NCBI GenBank assembly: GCA_025201805.1
Contig: MU619323.1
Coordinates: 85,716-143,130, forward strand
Length of the DNA: 57,415 nt
Direction: 5' to 3'
Source: Parasitella parasitica NRRL 2501
Taxonomy: Eukaryota; Fungi; Mucoromycota
The notes beneath the pieces were generated by a model. It made no database searches, had not been told where the DNA came from, and was given only the letters and a program-made list of their open reading frames with translations. Made by a program: the position numbers and the translations under genes. How positions within the stretch are numbered: the stretch's first letter is position 1; each line of letters opens with the position of its first letter. Positions 49,481 to 57,415 of this stretch are shown here, one piece after another.

Positions 49481-50363
49481 TGCAATCTTTCCAATTGAGT
49501 TGCCAATTGCCAGTTCATAATCACCATAGTTTGTCTATTTCCTTGGTCTGCCTACCTGGAAAAAAGTTGTAATGCTTGACCCAGGCCTGTAGATTAGGGT
49601 GATTCTTTAATCTACATATTACAACAACGATATTCGTTACGCACTCCTATCACTGGTAATCTTGAGATACAGCTTGCTAGCAGGGATTCATTTAGAATGA
49701 ATCAGTAGCAATTTAGATTTGTTTATCGTATTTATGATAATATGACGAGCCTTGTGCCTGTTCAGAATTGCCTTCAAGTTTGATGGCCACTTGAACACCG
49801 TTTTTTAGGGGACCATTGATAATGTCAATGATGTATACCATAACGTTATGACTCACGTAAAAATACTGCTAATCATGCGAGCATAATCCATAAAATAAAG
49901 GTAATTAAGATTATTTTAGAGATTCGGAACAGCCTCATGTAGGAAATTTTATAAAAGATCAAAAAAGTGGATCAATTCGTCCTGCGGATAGAAACTGGCA
50001 CAACAAGAGAAAAGTGGGCCTCGGACAGATTGTATCTTCGTGCAACATGAAGCTAATTTTAAAGTGTCTTTTTTTTTTTTATGAAAAAATCTTCAAAGTG
50101 CCAATTGGCACGAGAGGCTCTGTTATGTTTTCTTTATTTAGTGTAACTTTTTTTTTTTTAGTTAGGTTAACAACGAATGTGTCAATGCAAAAATTTTTTT
50201 TTTGTAACATTTAACCAACACGGAAAGGACAGCTCCGTTTTTCTTACCATATCTAACTTGTATGATAAACAGGCCATTTTTTTTTAATAAAAAAAAGCTT
50301 AACATGTCTTGAACATGAGCATATATGATATTATACACAAATAACTAAAGCATAGAATTGCAA

Positions 50364-51850
50364 TCATTTACTTGAAATAAACTGATTACTGTGAAATGAT
50401 GATGGTCGTTGTGGCGTAACCTGGTTTTGAAACAAAGAATGCTGATAGCTTTGATGTTGTTTTTGTCTAATATTTGTAATCTTTTCTTGTCGTGCAACTG
50501 ATCGAGAATATCTCAAACCGCATGCATTACAAAGCCTAATTTATGACATTAGTAATTTTTTTTTTTTTTTGTTCAACTCAAACTTTACGTTTTGTGTCCA
50601 GTCGGGCCTCTTCTCCATTCTGGACTAGATTCGGTGCCACAGCTTTGACAACGATGATTGCTGTTCTTGTGCGAATATTGTTCTTGCTTTTCACTACGTG
50701 GTAATAATATACTTTCTAATGGGATAGACGACGGATACGGCTGGTGTTTCCTGTGCTGTCTTTGATGTGAATTCATTTGATTCAAAGGTTCGGATGCGCG
50801 ACGGAGGGGGTATTCATCAAGCTGATTATGTTTTATGGGTGAATAAGGCAAGGAAAATGGCCTTTTGGATGGAGATGGTATATTAGTTTGCTTCCGCTCC
50901 AAGTGCACTAATAAAAATGTAATTGGACCGTATTCAATATTTAAGCTGTCGATTTTTTGTCCTCTGGAACTCGATCGAGAAGGTTGGTGGACACAGCGGC
51001 AACACGATATGCTTGGTAACATGGGGCGGTCATCCAATGAAGAGATCAAGTTGCTGTAATAGTAGTCTATACTACTCAATTCGTTGGGATAGTGATCAGG
51101 CCATGACAGTAGTACTGATTTTGTTCGACTGTCTAAAATGTATAAGGATTGATGCGGAGAAGAATCGTTGTATTCGTTTTGAACTGATCCAACTGAAGAT
51201 AACGCAGAGCTTGCCGATAGTGCCGGTGAGAGCAGTTTATCCTGTTCAATTAAACTTTCTTTTAGGGTTAGGGCGCAGAATGTATTACTGCTGTTGATGC
51301 TGCCGTCGTATGTATTGTCTCCACATAATTTTAAATAGCTTTTGCTAGAGGGTTCTTTTGTTGAGTCACTGTGTCAGTAACTTGTTTTATATCTATTCAA
51401 ATACATGTAAATGCATACCTGGATAATGAAGAAACGCTAACACAAAATCAGCTGTTGCAACATATGCGATGACATCCATAACCCTATACTGATTAGAGTG
51501 TATGGAAAAATCATGCTATAATATTGACATGTTAGCGGATTATGTTTGATTTCATATGCGTTTATCCTTGCCTTGGTATAGTTTTTTAATCTACATCTAT
51601 GTCCGATTTCAGTAAACATCTCCTTCTGTTGCGATAGAAAAGAAAAAGGAAAAAAAAAAACTCACCTTGTCACAGAACCACCCAAAGAATTCGAATGTGT
51701 AAATTTGAGTAAATCTCTTTTGGCCATTGATACTTCCTCAGGATGAAACAGTTGAAACAAAGAAAGGCCTTTCAGTTTGTGACCAAAATCTGAAGCACTG
51801 ATAAATTCCAATTCATTCAATGATAGTATTGACCAAATGCATGGTGTCAT
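50364..51850 (-). CDS. PAS-domain GATA zinc-finger transcription factor (White-collar-2-like architecture)
   Basis: N-terminal PAS-like FISAS...SLFQLFHPEE...RCRLK; C-terminal CQSCGTESSPEWRRGPTGHKT|LCNACGLRY. Confidence 0.9.
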
Positions 51851-54800
51851 TTTTGTATAAATATAGAGCAAGCAAAGGCAAATAGAGAGAGAGAGAGAGA
51901 GAGAAAGAAAGAAGGGATGAATAAATAAAAATGGCAGCTTTTTATATTATACACAAATGCATGCAACACACAATAAATCAAAAATTCCCTGATTTAGATG
52001 ATCTGTTATAATATGGCTTTTTTGAAAGAAAGTTTTTATTCCTTTAAACAGCAGTTGAGCAGAGTATCTAGAAATTATTCTCTTTTGTTTGTACAACATG
52101 TTGGCAATCGTTCTCAACGATCGAAACTGCATTTGATCGAATAAACTTTCTTGTGCTGTGTTGTACCAGGCCAGTGCTTCCCCTTTTATTTATTTTGTAC
52201 AAGTACAACAAATATGAAATTCAATATGAAAGACACAAGGGGTTGCATTAGCCCATTTCTTACATGAATATTTTGAAAATCACAGAAAGACTCATGATTC
52301 ATAAGTAAAGCTTCTCGATCAGACCGACATTCCTTCTGAATGGACATTTTATCAGACTTGAAGGCGGTAAAAATAACGACAATGTATGTAGTACATAGAT
52401 CATTATTCTTCAAGATATCATTTGTTCTTGTGTTCATGAGAGAGCTTGTGTACACAGCCATGTCAAACTGCGAATCTTTTTTCTCAAAATAATGTAAGAC
52501 CAGTGTTTCGATATGCAGCTGCCATCATTTTAGAATACATTGATAAAATCAACTTTTAAGGACATGGTGTAATTGAAATAATGTACATGTGGCAATAATC
52601 ATGTTATCATAACAGAAGAAAAGCGAATATGAAGCCGTTGATGCTAAAATCTATTAAGTATGATGCTGAAAAAAAAAGAAGCGGGTGGATTGGGATCCTT
52701 GAACATTTTAAAAAGAGCATTCTTAGTTGATAGAATGAACCATCAAGCCATCTAATGTCAGAAAAAACCGTGCTCAGCAGGCATCCCTTAATTACATACG
52801 AGCCAACTTCCGTAGAATCCCCATTATTTCATAACCCTTTCCAATGACGCAAAACCAGAACTTGATACCTGTTTCAGAAAAATTGCAGGTAGATAAAGAA
52901 AAAGGTATCAGACCTTGAGTTTAGTTGAACCAATTTGCAAATAGACTGGTTTGTCGAATCACGTAAACAACCTTTTTTTTTTTTATATTGTGCTCTCATC
53001 AAGCAACAGCATTGACTGAACCTTATTTCATTTATCGCCTTACAGGTGATGTGCACAGAAAGTATACATTTTTACTTTTCGTGTTGATCATTATTTCCCA
53101 TGATTGTTTATGTGTGCTGCATAGAAGCAGATGGAATGCACTTTAATCTTGGCTTAGACGAAAGCATTGCTTTTAGAGATGCCCTATAAAAGACTAAAAC
53201 TAAAGGGATTACGGCTGAGAATCTAAAAAAATATAAAAAGAAAAAAAGAAAAAGAAACTTAATAACCGTTGATCAAGAAATATGGCCATCGCCAATGAAG
53301 AACAGTTATGGTACAAGTCCTTCTGATGATGCATATCTGCATCAAAATTTACTTGACATTCCGCTCAGGGATACAAGTTTGTTATGCTTTAGACACAGCA
53401 TAGCGCCATCGGATTTATCTTTTCAATATTCAATCGTATCTTTACATTGTTAAAATGCAATGTCATGAAGTGAATATTGAAAATATCGTATCTCAATGTC
53501 GGATAACAATATATACAAGGACACCCCCACCAACATGTCAAAGAAAATCAAATGGTACAATATGGAAAGACAATGGCTCATAAGTGGGTTGGTTTCTCTA
53601 TGTGTATGTTTTCAAGCTTTGAAACTAATAACCCATTAGTAATGAGTTTTGTTAAGTTATTCAATATAGCATTTAGTATTCAGTATGGGATCAACTACCT
53701 AGACCACCAGTTGTTATTTCAATGTCTGTGCAAGCTGCATGTCGGCTTATTTTATCGAATGTTCTTGAATCAAGAAAAGGGGCTCATCCTTAATAACTTG
53801 AAGAAATCACTGGAAAAAAACATACACTAAAACTAATAGAGTTCGAACGAATTTTACCATCCATATAAAGATTATTCAATATTTCCCCATTCATTGCACA
53901 GGTTCTCAAGCAGTATCAAAACTTGACGAAGGACGATAATACGTCTAAATCAAAACAATAAACAGCTTTCAGGTCTACTTGAAACTCGAAATCACAAGTA
54001 AAATACAAGGTTATGGCTCAATGTTCCACCAAATCATTATCAACTCGGCATCTTTTGCTTTAAAAATTTACACGGGACAGTTTTTTATGTGTCTTCCAAA
54101 TGATGGAAAACCTTTGGTGCAGAAATTGAATTAATATTAAAAATGTAATTACGCAAAGCTGTGCAAGCAAGTCTTCTCGATGGAACATTTAGCAAAGCAT
54201 GTGCACAGCAAAAATTGAGAAAATTTATAAAAATGCATACGGTGATACCATAATTTACCACACTTGAAAGTCTTCTCAGTGAATCATTCGTCAACCAATG
54301 ATGGAATGCTTCGACTTAAAAAAGTAGTGCAACTAACTGTAAAAATATACAGCTCATCAACATCCCATCAGTTGTACCATTAAATAACAAGGTACAACAA
54401 TCCTTGCAACGTGTTGCTTCCATGTCTCTTGACATGTTTTTTAATACTCCTGATCACTGAAATATCTTCTTGTTAACAGCTAACTTGAATCCGCCCGTTT
54501 GCTCGCATGCATCGAGATTTGCAAGTAACACCGGTACTATTTAAGAAGACATGCATGGTAGACAAGTTTTTTCTTAACCTTGAATTGGACGAATTTGGTA
54601 TAAGGGCAACAAACAAAAAATTTTCAAAACCAAACACTTTGTGCAATGAGAGACTAATGTGCAATTTTTATAGGCGTATGTTCTAGCGATCCAAATACAT
54701 ATTTTTACGGGTGTGAGAGCATAATAAATAGAGATATATTGCTTATCAAAGATGATCACATCACTCCCTTAAATTCACTTTGGCGCTCAATTTGTGTAGA

Positions 54801-57415
54801 TATATAATTATTTTAATGAAGTCTATTTGATGTGTACATAATATAAAGCTGTGTATACGTTTATACATAAAGTTAGCTCCTATATCTGTCATCAGCCTCC
54901 CCTATATAACAGGGTACGCCCTTAGCACGTTAAATAAAAACAGAAAGTACTCTTCCTCCCTGTTATGTCAAAAGTCTGATAAAATAAAACTGCCAAAGAA
55001 TTACGCTTTTATTCATAATACATCTCTCGATGTATTATATACACATTCATAACACTAGAGTTCTACTGTTTAGCTGCATAATGTAAATCATGACTACCCA
55101 TGATTTACTGCAAGACCCGGGGACTGATCTGAGACCCTGATGTGAGACCTTGCCATGTTACTGATATAACACTCCCTTCCAAAAAAAAAAGTGTCAGATG
55201 TAGAATTCAATAGTAGGTAACCAGCAAGTATAATATGGAGGAAAACACGTGATATATGTGAAATACATTCACCATGATGATCTGCATTCGACTTCGGTAC
55301 AGATTACCTAATAAATATCTAACCGTGAAACCGCGAAGCATTTATAAAAAGAAATCGAACCACAAACCACATTTGGAAAACGCATAGACCAATGTAAGGA
55401 CTGGTCCATGCATGTCATTTACAAATGTGTCAGAAACATCGATATTAGAATACCGTACTTGATTATGTAAAATCAAATACAGAAAAACCTGACTGACAGT
55501 TACGGCATAACTGACAGACAGACCGTTTACAACAACGAATATAAATAGAGTAGAAATGTCTAACCTGTCGGTTTTCGCCTAATAATTGAAGGTTGAATCT
55601 CATCTCAATTCCAATATTGACACTGACATTCAAATGGAATTGTATAAAGACTTTTAGAAACCAGGACCAGAGCAATCCTGGTGATGTATATTTCAGATAT
55701 TTCAATACAATAAAAAGAGACTTGTAATAATTCACAGCTTTCAACTGTATCCGAACAATAAAAGAAGTATATCGTTTATTATGATATAAATACAGGGTAT
55801 TTATATCTTCAATTATTTACTACAACTGAGATGGTAGCTGTAATAACCAATAGATTAATGTGATAGTATGTTGTCACTGTTGATGAACGAATAGAAAATA
55901 CACCGTGTTATCATTGTCAATTGGTTTGATATGTTTCATTGTTGAGATTGATCCAAGAATATGAGCTGATGTAACATATCAAATAGTTTGTTTGCACCTT
56001 GACATTTGAGCAAGTCCGCATATCTTGTTGATGTCATGGCAGCCAAGACATTGCGATATCCAGTGACCGTTGAGATATTATACTGATTCGTATCTGATAC
56101 AATCATATAATATATTTGCAGTAAATCAGCAAGCGTAGTACTTGTAGGAATTGATATAGTGCAGATGTAGCAGTGCGTATACATCACCTGGCTTCCTTTT
56201 CAATCTTTAATAAAGACCCTACGTTCTCCGTGATATAATCGCTTGTAGTCTCTTTATTTAATTGTCTTTGGAAATAATCGTTATTCATATAACTCTCATA
56301 ACCTTTGCACGTTATCTTATTCCAAAAAATAAAGAAAAAAAAATTGTTGGATCAAAAAGATAATAAAAAAACCAAAGGTTAACGAGATACGAAAACTAAA
56401 GATACTTGAATCAAAAACAAAATTGCATCTGCTATTTATACTTTTTACAACTACATAAATTTATGGTGACTTATTTAGATTACTAATTGACAAGACTAAT
56501 TCACAGTGACAATCTACTTGACAGGGTACGATATGAGGTTATACAGCAAGGGCTACACGTCTTTGATCTGACAGAGCCTTAACCTTTATCCTGGTGCTCA
56601 GATCTGTGTTACTTACAGGAATAACCTTCTTGATTTGAAACAGAGACTTTATTCTCCAATTTACACAAGCGTATCACATCACATCATTGGACAATCTTCA
56701 ATCTTCAATTGAAGTACATTGTCATGATCTTCTGTCTATAATTATGGCAGATCAGGAATTATATTGTATCTATTGTTGTTTTACACTTTTTATTACAATG
56801 AGCAGCGTTGTTCAACATTAGAAGCATGTGCCAGGGTTGCAGGAGATTGTACTTTGATCAGGAGTGCAAGCTTCTACCAACAACACTTGTTAATGTTTAC
56901 TTGTAATAAACTTATAGCTTGGTATTACATACCAAGTTCAATGTTTAACCAGGATGACAAATAGTGTTACAATAGATATAATCTAGTATAAAAAGATGGC
57001 ATTTTCTTATCAATAAAGTCATTAATTTTTGTGTCTGATTTTATTTTTATAAATTTATACATTTTTTGAGCAGATCATATTTATATATCCTCTGCGCATA
57101 GCAAGAATATATTTTTTATAAATTTAAAATCTAAATAAAATATGAAGTAGTTGTTTGACAACGCTGAAACTGTAACACAAAATACTTAAATATAAGGCAA
57201 GTATATTGGTATAATTTCGAGTTGATTGCGTTGCTGACTGTCGAGAAAATACGTTTTTTGTTGAAGTGAAAGTGTTTTTATCAGTATAGGATGGCAAAAT
57301 GTAATGTAAAAATAAAAGAAATGCCGGGCTAGCTCAGTTTAAAGAGGTTTTTATTATTATATACATGAATTCAAATGGGCACTCGATATGAGCATAAGCC
57401 TGGAATTCCAGAAGA

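Noticed and set aside
54990-55025. GCCAAAGAATTACGCTTTT as a second omegaRNA-like copy
   Set aside because: The stem is poor and there is no adjacent Fanzor sequence; likely chance.

Overview
Intron-rich, AT-rich eukaryotic DNA, most likely from a Mucorales (Mucoromycota) fungus; this is inferred from gene content, short GT-AG introns and transposon families. There are two N gaps (7396-8250, 21557-21891). About 17 host genes are present: MsrA, ITFG2/KICSTOR, an AceTr acetate transporter, a SAM methyltransferase, a GH15 trehalase-like enzyme, fumarylacetoacetase, a PL8 lyase, VIT1/CCC1, SYM1/Mpv17, an Rsc7/Swp82-PHD (PHF10-like) subunit, TMEM184, an AB-hydrolase, CENP-L, a PAS-GATA factor and three hypotheticals. 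Two transposon clusters are interspersed. The first (9.6-14 kb) holds a Harbinger element, a 15-bp minisatellite and a Helitron relic. The second (35.2-42.6 kb) is the most notable and is largely invisible in the ORF track: a decayed, intron-containing Fanzor1 (eukaryotic TnpB-like RNA-guided nuclease) gene with a candidate omegaRNA hairpin just after its stop. It is split at a TA by a 6.5-kb Tc1/mariner element with 192-bp near-identical TIRs. That element contains further nested Tc1 pieces, an apparently intact five-intron PD-(D/E)XK nuclease-like gene and a 3x122-bp tandem repeat. All calls come from manual reading and translation; no searches were run.
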